The notes: generated by a model not told the origin, from the sequence alone. A stretch of DNA of 34,061 bases from an uncultured Pseudomonadota bacterium (GCA_937884235.1 CALGBT010000815.1:1-34061), one strand, 5' to 3'; positions 7,423 through 15,533 are shown, counted from the stretch's first letter. A program made the numbers and translations.

Positions 7423-9302
7423 CCCTCTTTGATGGTCTCCAACTCTTCCCAACGAGCGTAGGCAATCTCCAGCTCACCTTCCACTGCGGTGCTGCGACGT
7501 CTGGCAACAGCCACCGCATCCCCGGGCTGCCGATAGAATTCTGCGTCGGCCAGCTTCTCGAAGAGGACCGCCTTTTCGCCTTCGAGTTCGTCGATGAGGG
7601 GTTCCAGTGCGGCCAGCTCTTGCGTCTCTTTGAAGGACAGCCTGCGGGGGCGCACCGGGCGCACCCGAGGAGTCTTTGGTGCCGCCACCGCACTCTCCGC
7701 CACCGGCACCGGCCGTTGGGCCAGCCAATCGTCGTAGCCGCCGGCGTACTCGACCACGGCACCGGCTCCCTCCAGGGCGTACGTGCTGGTCACCACGTTG
7801 TTGAGGAACTCTCGGTCATGGCTGACGAGGAGCAAGGTGCCGGTATAGCCGATGAGCAGTTCTTCCAGCAACTCCAGCGTCTCGACGTCAAGATCGTTGG
7901 TTGGTTCGTCCAGAACCAACACGTTGGAAGGGTAGGTGAAGAGCCGGGCCAGGACCAGTCGATTACGCTCGCCGCCGGAGAGTGACGCCACCTGCATGTC
8001 GACCCGGTCGCGGGGAAAGAGGAAGTTCGCCAGGTAGGCGTAGATATGCATGGCGCGCCCATCGAACATGAAGATTTCCCGGCCATCCGCCACCGCCTCG
8101 CGGACTGACTGCTCCGGGTCAATGGAGGAGCGCAGCTGGTCGGAATAGACCACCTCCAGCTCAACGCCGTGGCCCACCTTGCCAGCCCCCGGTTGCAACT
8201 CCCCCAGGAGCAGTCGCAGCAAGGTGGTCTTCCCTGAGCCGTTGGCTCCGAGAATGCCCAACTTGTCGCCTCGGACGATGCGGCAGCCAAAGTTCTCGAT
8301 GATCAGATCATTGGTATAGCCGAAAGAGACCTCCTCGGCCTCCATGATCATGTCGCCGGAGCGCTTGACCCGCTGCAGCCTCAGCTTTGCCCGGCCCAGT
8401 TCTTCCCGGCGCTGGACACGCAGCTCACGCAGTTTCTCCAGAGCTCGCACCCGACCTTCATTCCTGGTTCGGCGCGCTTTGATTCCCTTGCGAACCCAGG
8501 TCTCCTCTTTGGCCAGCTTCTTGTCCAAAGCGCTCCAATTGGCCGCTTCCACTTCCAACTGCTGCACCTTGCGCTCGCGAAAAGTGTCGTAGTCACAATC
8601 CCAACTGGTAACCTGGCCTCGATCAATCTGCAGAATGCGGTTGGCGACATGACGAGCCAGCATGCGGTCGTGGGTTACCAGCAACAAGGTTCCCTCAAAG
8701 CGCAGCAGCCGGCCCTCGAGCCAGCCGATGGTCTCGATGTCCAGGTGATTCGTGGGCTCATCCAGGAGCAGCAGATCGGGACGAGCCACCAGGGCTCGGG
8801 CCAACAGTACACGGCGCTTGACGCCGCCCGAACGCGTCGTGAAGTCATCCTGGCCGTTCAAGGAGAGGTCGGCAAGGGTCCGCTCGACCTGCTGATAGAG
8901 CTGCCAACCGTCGGCCAGCTCCAGTTCCTGCTGGACCCTGGCCAAACGCGCCAGCTTCCCGGGAGATGACGAGTGGGCCACTTCGGCCGCCGCAAAATGG
9001 TACTCTGTCAACAACTCTCCCTGGCGCGCCAGCCCTCCGGCAACCACTTGATAGATGGTCCCGGTCAATTCTATGGGGACTTCCTGGGGAAGATATGAGA
9101 TGCGCAGGCCCGGCTCGACGTAGCGCTCCCCGGAGGTGGGTTCCAGAAAGCCCGCCAGACACTTCAGCAGACTGGTCTTGCCCGAGCCGTTGCGCCCCAC
9201 AAGAACAACCCGCTCGCCGCGTTCAAGTTGCAGGTCAGCCCCGTCCAACAGGGGGGGCTGGCCAAAAGAGATGCCGACATTTCGCAAAGAGAGCAGCGCC
9301 AT
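7410..9302 (-). CDS. uup: ABC-F family ATPase (Uup-like, with C-terminal coiled-coil domain)
   Basis: Two ABC cassettes. Walker A motifs are GRNGSGKTS and GANGSGKTT. Signatures are RSGGVKRR and LSGGERNR. Walker B motifs are LLLLDEPTNHLD and VLVLDEPTNDLD. There is no TM domain, an inter-domain linker, and an E/K-rich C-terminal tail. The N-terminus resembles E. coli Uup from memory. Confidence 0.88.
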   Translation of the reverse strand: MALLSLRNVGISFGQPPLLDGADLQLERGERVVLVGRNGSGKTSLLKCLAGFLEPTSGERYVEPGLRISYLPQEVPIELTGTIYQVVAGGLARQGELLTEYHFAAAEVAHSSSPGKLARLARVQQELELADGWQLYQQVERTLADLSLNGQDDFTTRSGGVKRRVLLARALVARPDLLLLDEPTNHLDIETIGWLEGRLLRFEGTLLLVTHDRMLARHVANRILQIDRGQVTSWDCDYDTFRERKVQQLEVEAANWSALDKKLAKEETWVRKGIKARRTRNEGRVRALEKLRELRVQRREELGRAKLRLQRVKRSGDMIMEAEEVSFGYTNDLIIENFGCRIVRGDKLGILGANGSGKTTLLRLLLGELQPGAGKVGHGVELEVVYSDQLRSSIDPEQSVREAVADGREIFMFDGRAMHIYAYLANFLFPRDRVDMQVASLSGGERNRLVLARLFTYPSNVLVLDEPTNDLDVETLELLEELLIGYTGTLLLVSHDREFLNNVVTSTYALEGAGAVVEYAGGYDDWLAQRPVPVAESAVAAPKTPRVRPVRPRRLSFKETQELAALEPLIDELEGEKAVLFEKLADAEFYRQPGDAVAVARRRSTAVEGELEIAYARWEELETIKEGQGE

Positions 9303-9306
9303 ATTG

Positions 9307-10323
9307 CTATTTCTTCTTCTTGGGGGGGCTTGGTTTCAAGACATCGGCGGGTACCTTCATGATCTCCAGGAGAAGCTCATCGCCAGCCTTCTCGCCATAT
9401 CGCTTCACAGCCCGAAACCACTTCACTTTCGGGTTGGTGGCCCAGGCACGAAAGTTCTCGCCGGAATGATGGAAGTACATGTAATCATGTTTGGTTGGGT
9501 GCGTATGGAGGACCACACTGCGGTCGTCGAAGGGCAGCGCCGCGATATTGGCTCTGAAGTCCCCGTCACGGTACTCAAAGTAATACTCTGCATTGGAGAG
9601 ATAGAAGAGCCTTACCGGCAATCCAAAACGGCTGGCCGCAGCCCCGATGTCCTTCAGGGTGCTGGGTCCGGTGAGGTCACCACGCACAGGAATCACGCGG
9701 CCTTGCGCCCACAATCCCCGCACGAAATCGAACTGCTCGGGCTGGGTCAGCCAGGTCTCCAGCCCAAGCTTCTTGTAGTTGGCGCGCTGACGACCGAGGT
9801 GGCGGGCGATGGAGGGCCCGTCCCGCCGGTGCATGGTGGCCAACACCTTTCGCCGTTGCGGGTCCGTCACCTCCTGCTCAAGGAGAGCGGCGAACTTCTC
9901 TTTGCTCTCTGCAGCCCACCAGGAAGTCAGTTCCTCGGCTGTTTTTGCCTCGCCGAACAGCAGCCCGTAGATTACATGAATGTCAGTAATGTACTGGTCG
10001 AAATCCATGCAAATGACCAGCTCTGGTCGGCTCCAGCCAGCCAGCAGGTAGTTCTGCTCCGCCCCGACCCCCAGTTGGATACCGCCGAGCTCTTTTGCGA
10101 CATCACGAAAGAGTCGCAGGTGCCGCTCATTGCTGGTGGTGTAGTGCACGTCCCTAATCAGTTTCGGCGGCTTCGGGTCAAAGCGAACAGCCTTCAGAGC
10201 CTCAGCCAGTTCCAGGGCGATGGGTGCGGAGTCAGCCCCGCGCTTCGGCTCCTGGGCGAGGACCGGAGATGCCCATGACAGGGTCAGTAGGAGAACCATG
10301 AAACAACGGCGATACCGGACCAT
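9307..10323 (-). CDS. secreted protein of unknown function (lysine-tailed)
   Basis: ATG with GGAGG upstream. Signal peptide is VLLLTLSWASPVLAQ. Coding-like G/C third-position bias. It ends PPKKKK. The stop lies 4 nt before the ABC-F start, so the pair is probably co-transcribed. Confidence 0.7.
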   Translation of the reverse strand: MVRYRRCFMVLLLTLSWASPVLAQEPKRGADSAPIALELAEALKAVRFDPKPPKLIRDVHYTTSNERHLRLFRDVAKELGGIQLGVGAEQNYLLAGWSRPELVICMDFDQYITDIHVIYGLLFGEAKTAEELTSWWAAESKEKFAALLEQEVTDPQRRKVLATMHRRDGPSIARHLGRQRANYKKLGLETWLTQPEQFDFVRGLWAQGRVIPVRGDLTGPSTLKDIGAAASRFGLPVRLFYLSNAEYYFEYRDGDFRANIAALPFDDRSVVLHTHPTKHDYMYFHHSGENFRAWATNPKVKWFRAVKRYGEKAGDELLLEIMKVPADVLKPSPPKKKK

Positions 10324-10398
10324 CTTACCTCCGACGAAAACCTCAAGGTGGTGGAGTATACCCGATTTCGCAGGATGGAGAAAGCCAGATTACGGTCC

Positions 10399-10428
10399 TT
10401 GACTTGCCCCCTCGGTGCGCCCTAAAGT
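10399..10428 (+). promoter_or_regulatory. possible sigma70-type promoter for the Asp23 cluster
   Basis: TTGACT (10399-10404), an 18-nt spacer, then TAAAGT (10423-10428), about 60 nt upstream of the ATG at 10491. This is a sequence match only. Confidence 0.25.
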
Positions 10429-10490
10429 GTAAGGGCACTGGAGGGAAACCCCGGGTGCACTCACCAATCAACACCAAACGGAGGCTCCAG

Positions 10491-10865
10491 ATGGGCACTG
10501 TTAAAGGAAACGTCACATTGACCCCCGAAGTTGTAAACCAGATTGCAGGCCACTCCGCGAGAGGAGTTGAGGGATTGCACCGACTGGGCAAGGCCAGCTT
10601 CTTCAACAAGTTGAAGGGCGGCGACGCACTGGGCGATGGCATTCTGGCCGAGGTGGGTAACGAGGAGGTCGCCTTCGACATCGACGTGGTCATCGAATAT
10701 GGCTACCCGCTTGAAGAAGTCTCAGAGCGACTGCGCAACAATATCTCGTCCCAGGTCAAGACCATGCTGGGGCGCACGGTGGTCGAGTGCAATATCAACG
10801 TCGTCGGGGTGCACTTCCCGGAGCCGGAAGTAGTTAAAGAAACTCCGCCCAAGCGGGTCAAGTAG
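10491..10865 (+). CDS. Asp23/Gls24 family envelope stress response protein
   Basis: ATG at 10491 lies 6 nt after GGAGG, and I prefer it to the ORF-track start at 10404. VTLTPEVVNQIAGHSARGVEGL and the EVAFDIDVVIEYGYPLEEV pattern are typical of Asp23. Confidence 0.85.
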   Translation: MGTVKGNVTLTPEVVNQIAGHSARGVEGLHRLGKASFFNKLKGGDALGDGILAEVGNEEVAFDIDVVIEYGYPLEEVSERLRNNISSQVKTMLGRTVVECNINVVGVHFPEPEVVKETPPKRVK

Positions 10866-10869
10866 CGAC

Positions 10870-11451
10870 ATGCATGCGCTCAACCGCATCATCACGGCCC
10901 TCTTCTCGTTGGCCCTGGCGGCAGCCTCACTGCTGACCATAGCCCTGGCGACGGGGAGCCTCTCTCCCGACCGACTGCAGATCATCGACCGGGCCCGGGA
11001 CACGCTCACGCGCCTGCCATTGCTCGGGGCCACGACCATCGCCACGGTGCTCCTGATAGCCACCGGCACGCTGCTCTTCGCCGGGTTGCTTCTGGTGGCC
11101 CAGTTCCGGCGCACTGCACGACACGGTTATCTGGTGCGAGAGGATGACTCGGGGACCTTCACGGTGCAGCCAGAGGCAGTTGTGGACATTGCCGCTTTCG
11201 TGGGCAAGACCATTTCCGGAGTGGATTCCGTGGCCTGCACCAGCAAGCAGACCAAGGACGGAGAGTTGGAAGTGCGCTGCAAGGTCTTCTTCCGTCCGGG
11301 GGCGGCCCTCGAAAAGACCGGAGTATTATTCCGTGACGAATTCCGCCAGCAGCTTGAGGAGTTGACCGGTCTCAAGGTGGGGAAATTGGATCAGGTGGCG
11401 GTCTATCGGTCTGGACGTCCGGGGCGCGAGAAGCGCCGCCACCTGGTTTGA
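10870..11451 (+). CDS. AmaP-like membrane anchor protein (Asp23-associated)
   Basis: The start is 4 nt after the Asp23 stop. There are two N-terminal TM segments (IITALFSLALAAASLLTIALATG; ATVLLIATGTLLFAGLLLVAQF). An Asp23-like soluble domain follows. The position directly downstream of Asp23 matches the known amaP arrangement. Confidence 0.55.
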   Translation: MHALNRIITALFSLALAAASLLTIALATGSLSPDRLQIIDRARDTLTRLPLLGATTIATVLLIATGTLLFAGLLLVAQFRRTARHGYLVREDDSGTFTVQPEAVVDIAAFVGKTISGVDSVACTSKQTKDGELEVRCKVFFRPGAALEKTGVLFRDEFRQQLEELTGLKVGKLDQVAVYRSGRPGREKRRHLV

Positions 11452-11461
11452 GGTGGGCGGC

Positions 11462-11860
11462 ATGATGGGACTCTATCGTAGCGGCACTGATACAGTTGTT
11501 TGGGGAGTCTGTGGCGGCCTGGCCGAGGTCTTTGGCGTGCGGCCGTCAGTGGTTCGACTCGCCTTCTCTCTCCTCGGTCTGGCCAGCGGCATTGGCATCG
11601 TGCTTTATGTTGTTCTGGCGCTGGTCCTCCCCCTGGAAGGAAGAAGTTCCGGCAATCTGCTGGAGACCTTCCAGAACAACCTCGAAGAGGTCGTCGCCAC
11701 CTTCCCGGCTCGGCGTCGCTCTCTCGGCGTGGTGCTGGTCGTTGCCGGAGTCCTGTTCTTCCTGGCGCAAAGCGGCTTTTTTGGTTGGCTCAGATGGAAT
11801 ACGGCGTTGCCCCTGCTACTGATCCTCGCAGGAGTCGCACTCTTCTGGCAGAACGACTGA
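11462..11860 (+). CDS. PspC domain-containing membrane protein
   Basis: LYRSGTDTVVWGVCGGLAEVFGVRPSVVRLAFSLL is the PspC motif. Further TM segments follow. ATG 11462 lies 6 nt after GAGGTG. A GTG at 11453 is an alternative start. Confidence 0.8.
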   Translation: MMGLYRSGTDTVVWGVCGGLAEVFGVRPSVVRLAFSLLGLASGIGIVLYVVLALVLPLEGRSSGNLLETFQNNLEEVVATFPARRRSLGVVLVVAGVLFFLAQSGFFGWLRWNTALPLLLILAGVALFWQND

Positions 11861-11879
11861 GCGGCAACTGCCCGAGTTT

Positions 11880-14800
11880 CTACCACTCAACATAGACGAC
11901 ACCGTTGGCACCTTTGCCGCCCGTGGGGCGACTGCCGTTGTAGCCGCCGGCGCCACCGCCGGAGCCATGTCCTTGACCGCCTTTGCCGGACCAACTCGCA
12001 CCGCCGTTGCCAGCAGTGGGGCCGGCCCCGTCGATGAGTAGGCCGCCGGCACCGCCGCCGCCGCTATGCGAAGAGGAGCCCGCAGCCCCGCCGGCCCCGG
12101 CAGTCAACGAGGCCAGCACAGCCCCGGCCAGGTTGTCAAAATGACCGCCACTGCCGCCCGAATAGGTGCAACCGTTCTGGCCGGCCGACCCGCCCTGGCC
12201 ACCCTTTCCTGCGCAGCCGGAATTGCCGGCACCGCCACCACCGCTGCCGCCATTACCCCCACCCGAGCCATTGGTATTCCCGCCGTTGCCGCCACTGGCA
12301 CTCAAGTAGCCCCCGAAGGAAGAGGTTGCCCCCTTGCTGCCCGGCGCGTCGTTGGTGTTGGCAACACCTCCATTACCGCCACCGCCGACCGTCACGGTCA
12401 CCACGCCAGCAACGTCGTAATTGCCGTAGAGAACGTAGCCTGAACCGCCGCCGCCGTAGTGGCTGCCGGCACCACCACCACCGCCACCAACCACTACGAC
12501 CCGCACAGTGCTTACCCCGGGTGGCACGGTGAAAGTCTGAGCGCCGCCGGTGTAAGTGAAGACCTTGTTGCCGGGCTGGTACTCCACGCAAGTCCCCGTC
12601 TGGCAGACGATTCCACCATCCTGGGTGCAGGCCGTGCCATCAGCCACGGGAGTGTAGAGACAGCCGCTACCAGCCTCGCAAGAGTCGTTGGTACATTCCT
12701 GGCTATCATCGCAGGTCAGGGCCGGCCCGCCGACGCAGGCCCCCTGGCTGCACTGATCCTGGGTAGTGCAGGCATTGGCATCATCGCAAGAGGCATCATT
12801 GGCGATGAAGGTGCAGCCCGCGGCAGGACTACAGCCATCGTCGGTGCAAGGGTTGCCGTCGAGACACTCAAGGGGTTCAGAACCGACACACACGCCGTCG
12901 ACGCAAGTGTCCGTCTTGGTGCACTGATTGTCGTCGTCACAGCTACCATCAATGGCCGTGTATTCGCAGCCGTTGGCGGGGTGGCAGGTATCGAGGGTGC
13001 AAGGATTGTCGTCATCACAATCGAGGGCACCGCCCGGTACGCAAGACCCATTGTCGCAAGCGTCACCAGTGGTGCACGCGTTGAAGTCTGTGCAGACCCC
13101 GGCGGTCGGCAAAAACTCGCAGCCCACGTTGGCATCGCAGCTATCGGCGGTGCAGATGTTACCGTCGTTGCAGTTGAGTTGCCCGCCGCCGGCGCATTGC
13201 CCCAATTCGCACTTCTCGCCCACGGTGCAGGCATCGCCATCATCGCAGGGAGCAGTATTGAAAGTGTGAATGCATCCCTGAAGCGGCGTGCAAGTATCAT
13301 TGGTGCACAGATTGTCGTCGTCGCAAGAGACCGCCTGAGTACCTTTGCAGGAACCGGCGCCGCAGATGTCGGCGAGGGTGCAGAGGTTGCCATCATCGCA
13401 GTCAGCTCCGTTAGCGGTGTGCACACAACCGGACTCCGGCGAGCACGAATCGTCGGTGCAGATGTTCTGATCATCGCAACCCAACGCACCGCTCCCCTGG
13501 CACTCGCCTTGAGCGCAAGTATCAACGGGAGTACAGATATTGCCGTCATCGCAGGGAGCAGCATTGTCGGCGTGAACGCAACCACCCGCAGGGTCGCAGG
13601 CATCGCTGGTGCACGGGTTCGCATCATCACAATCAAGCCACCCCTTGCCAACGCAAAGGCCACCAGAGCACAAATCGTTGAGAGTGCACGGGTTGCCATC
13701 GTCACATTTGCCGTCGTTGGGGACGTACTGACAGCCTTTCTTGGAATCGCAGGAATCGCTGGTGCAGTTGTTCTGGTCGTCGCAGGCCACCGCGATCTGG
13801 CCCTGACACTGGCCCTGGACACACGTGTCTGCCGCCGTGCAGAGGTCCTGATCGTCGCATGGTGCGCTGTTATGGGCGTACAGACAACCGCCCTGCGGAT
13901 TACACGAATCATTGGTGCAGACATCGCCATCATCGCAGTCTACGAGCCCCTCGAAAAGGCAATCACCGCCACCGCAATGATCGCCGAGGGTACAGTCGTT
14001 ACCATCGTCGCAGGGCTCAGCATTGGGCACGAAGGTGCAACCGCTGTTGTCGTCGCAGCTATCGTCAGTGCAGCCATTGGCATCGTCGCAAACCACCGGC
14101 ACCCCGCCCCCGCATTCGCCTTCGAAACAGGCATCACCCACGGTGCAAGGGTCGCCATCATCGCAGGCGAAACCCTGGTGATCCGGCACCAGTGCACATT
14201 CGCCCGTCCCCGGGTCACATGATGCCTTGACGCAAACTCCGTCAGGCCCTTCCGGTGCGGGGCAGGTCACCACCGTTCCCGGATCCACAAAGCACTGGTA
14301 AGGCAACTTGTCGAGTTGGCAGAAGAGCGTCCCGTTGCAAAGGTCACCATCTTCCAGAACAGCACAGTCGGCGTTGTCCTGGCATTCGCAGTCCACCGCA
14401 AAACCACTGCACTCGCCCTGGCTGCACTGGTCGTTGACGGTGCAAGGGTCACCATCATCGCAGGGCCCGGCGTTGAACTCCGCAGTGCACCCGCCAAGAC
14501 CATTGCAAAGATCGTCAGTACATGGATTGTCGTCGTCGCAGACAATGGGCAACCCGGTGCAGACGCCAGCTTCGCAGTGGTCACCCACGGTACAAGAGTC
14601 ACCATCCGCACACTCACCTTCCGAGAGGACTTGATGATCGCAACCCGCCTCTCCCATGCAGGAATCCTTGGTACAGGGGTTATCGTCATTACAAGGATTG
14701 ATGTAGTCCCCCTCCACTGCATTGGGTTCGTCGACCTCGCCATCGCAATCGTCGTCGATACCGTTGCATGATTCCAATTCCGGGACCGTGGCATCACAGT

Positions 14801-15533
14801 CAGTGAGACCCGCTTCGGCACAGAACCGCATGCCTTGACAGGTACCTATTTCATTAGCCACTTCACAGCCGGTCCAGAGCGACAACTCCACGGATCTTGA
14901 GGTGCAGGGGCAGACTCCGGCATCGGCAACACACTGCATGGTGGCGATGCCGTCCACGGTCTGGGCATCAACGCATGAAAAACCCCAGGGACAATCGCTG
15001 CCTTCAGCACAAACACTACCGCAGAACGCACCTTCGTCGCCGTAGTCCACGCAAACGTCCTCGGCACCGCTGGGACTCTTGCAGCTATCGCCACCATTGC
15101 ACGGCTTGCAGAGATTCGAGACATCGGACACGCAAATATAGACCACGTCGGGGTCAGCACCCGCCACCTGCTTGCACGACCATCCCGGGGGGCAATCCTC
15201 CTGGCAAGGAACCGTGCAAACCGCCTCTCCCATGTGCTCCACACACCAGCTCGACTGGCAATCGCCATTGCCCACGCAGGGGTCCAGAAAACATCCGGTT
15301 CCCGGCTCACACTCGACAAATGGCGCGTCCGGTCCCGAATCGAAACTCAACTCCGGCTCGATATAGAGGTCGGGCTCATCAGAAGCTTCCCCTGAGGAAG
15401 CCTCGTCCGGGACCGCAGATACGTCAGTCGTCGGGGTCGCATCCGGAACGTCGGCAACAGTAATTGTTGTCCCACCATTGTTGCAGGCAAAAAACATCAG
15501 AGTTGCGGCAAACAAAAAGCCAGTATTGCGCAT
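11880..15533 (-). CDS. giant cysteine-rich repeat lipoprotein, paralog 1 (C-terminal glycine-rich domain)
   Basis: ATG with GGAGG upstream. Lipobox MFFAC-NN followed by an acidic linker. Cys-rich head ends in CNGIDDDCDGEVDE. There are 12 bipartite 51-aa repeats (CDDGNxCTxxDxCxxGxC + CDDxNxCTxDxCxxxxGC). The C-terminus VFTYTGGAQTFTVPPGV...GGGGGG is a glycine-rich domain. Total length is 1217 aa. Confidence 0.92.
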   Translation of the reverse strand: MRNTGFLFAATLMFFACNNGGTTITVADVPDATPTTDVSAVPDEASSGEASDEPDLYIEPELSFDSGPDAPFVECEPGTGCFLDPCVGNGDCQSSWCVEHMGEAVCTVPCQEDCPPGWSCKQVAGADPDVVYICVSDVSNLCKPCNGGDSCKSPSGAEDVCVDYGDEGAFCGSVCAEGSDCPWGFSCVDAQTVDGIATMQCVADAGVCPCTSRSVELSLWTGCEVANEIGTCQGMRFCAEAGLTDCDATVPELESCNGIDDDCDGEVDEPNAVEGDYINPCNDDNPCTKDSCMGEAGCDHQVLSEGECADGDSCTVGDHCEAGVCTGLPIVCDDDNPCTDDLCNGLGGCTAEFNAGPCDDGDPCTVNDQCSQGECSGFAVDCECQDNADCAVLEDGDLCNGTLFCQLDKLPYQCFVDPGTVVTCPAPEGPDGVCVKASCDPGTGECALVPDHQGFACDDGDPCTVGDACFEGECGGGVPVVCDDANGCTDDSCDDNSGCTFVPNAEPCDDGNDCTLGDHCGGGDCLFEGLVDCDDGDVCTNDSCNPQGGCLYAHNSAPCDDQDLCTAADTCVQGQCQGQIAVACDDQNNCTSDSCDSKKGCQYVPNDGKCDDGNPCTLNDLCSGGLCVGKGWLDCDDANPCTSDACDPAGGCVHADNAAPCDDGNICTPVDTCAQGECQGSGALGCDDQNICTDDSCSPESGCVHTANGADCDDGNLCTLADICGAGSCKGTQAVSCDDDNLCTNDTCTPLQGCIHTFNTAPCDDGDACTVGEKCELGQCAGGGQLNCNDGNICTADSCDANVGCEFLPTAGVCTDFNACTTGDACDNGSCVPGGALDCDDDNPCTLDTCHPANGCEYTAIDGSCDDDNQCTKTDTCVDGVCVGSEPLECLDGNPCTDDGCSPAAGCTFIANDASCDDANACTTQDQCSQGACVGGPALTCDDSQECTNDSCEAGSGCLYTPVADGTACTQDGGIVCQTGTCVEYQPGNKVFTYTGGAQTFTVPPGVSTVRVVVVGGGGGGAGSHYGGGGSGYVLYGNYDVAGVVTVTVGGGGNGGVANTNDAPGSKGATSSFGGYLSASGGNGGNTNGSGGGNGGSGGGGAGNSGCAGKGGQGGSAGQNGCTYSGGSGGHFDNLAGAVLASLTAGAGGAAGSSSHSGGGGAGGLLIDGAGPTAGNGGASWSGKGGQGHGSGGGAGGYNGSRPTGGKGANGVVYVEW
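12630..14693 (-). repeat. in-frame tandem coding repeat array, 153-nt (51-aa) period, 12 units, split by a 75-aa insert
   Basis: The first Cys of the A half-repeat falls at aa 457, 508, 559, 610, 661, 712, 763, 814, 865 and 916, exactly 51 apart. Two more units precede the insert. Confidence 0.9.

Noticed and set aside
4629-7432. Overlapping ORFs in the glycine-rich gene region: 4629-5321(-), 5328-5669(-), 6527-7432(+), 6550-7032(-).
   Set aside because: They are poly-P/A/R translations of GGN-rich DNA in the wrong frames. The + frame starting at 4789 has the signal peptide, RBS and internally consistent duplicated motifs.
12459-14222. Very long ORFs antisense to, or in alternative frames of, the Cys-rich genes. 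Examples are 12459-14222(+) 587 aa, 12716-13933(-) 405 aa, 19218-20477(-) 419 aa, 19774-21426(+) 550 aa, 20706-21995(-) 429 aa and 31322-33355(+) 677 aa.
   Set aside because: They lie entirely inside the repeat arrays. Their translations are monotonous (I/V/A/G/T/R-rich) and mirror the 51-aa period. They arise because the dominant codons (TGC, GAC, GGC, AAC, ACC) contain no stop triplets in the reverse or shifted frames of GC-rich DNA. They have no RBS or independent motifs.
12630-14693. The regular 153-nt repeats could superficially suggest a CRISPR-like or satellite array.
   Set aside because: The repeats are in-frame coding units inside long ORFs with no conserved-repeat/unique-spacer structure. 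Conservation is at the amino-acid framework level, not as identical DNA repeats. There are no cas genes.
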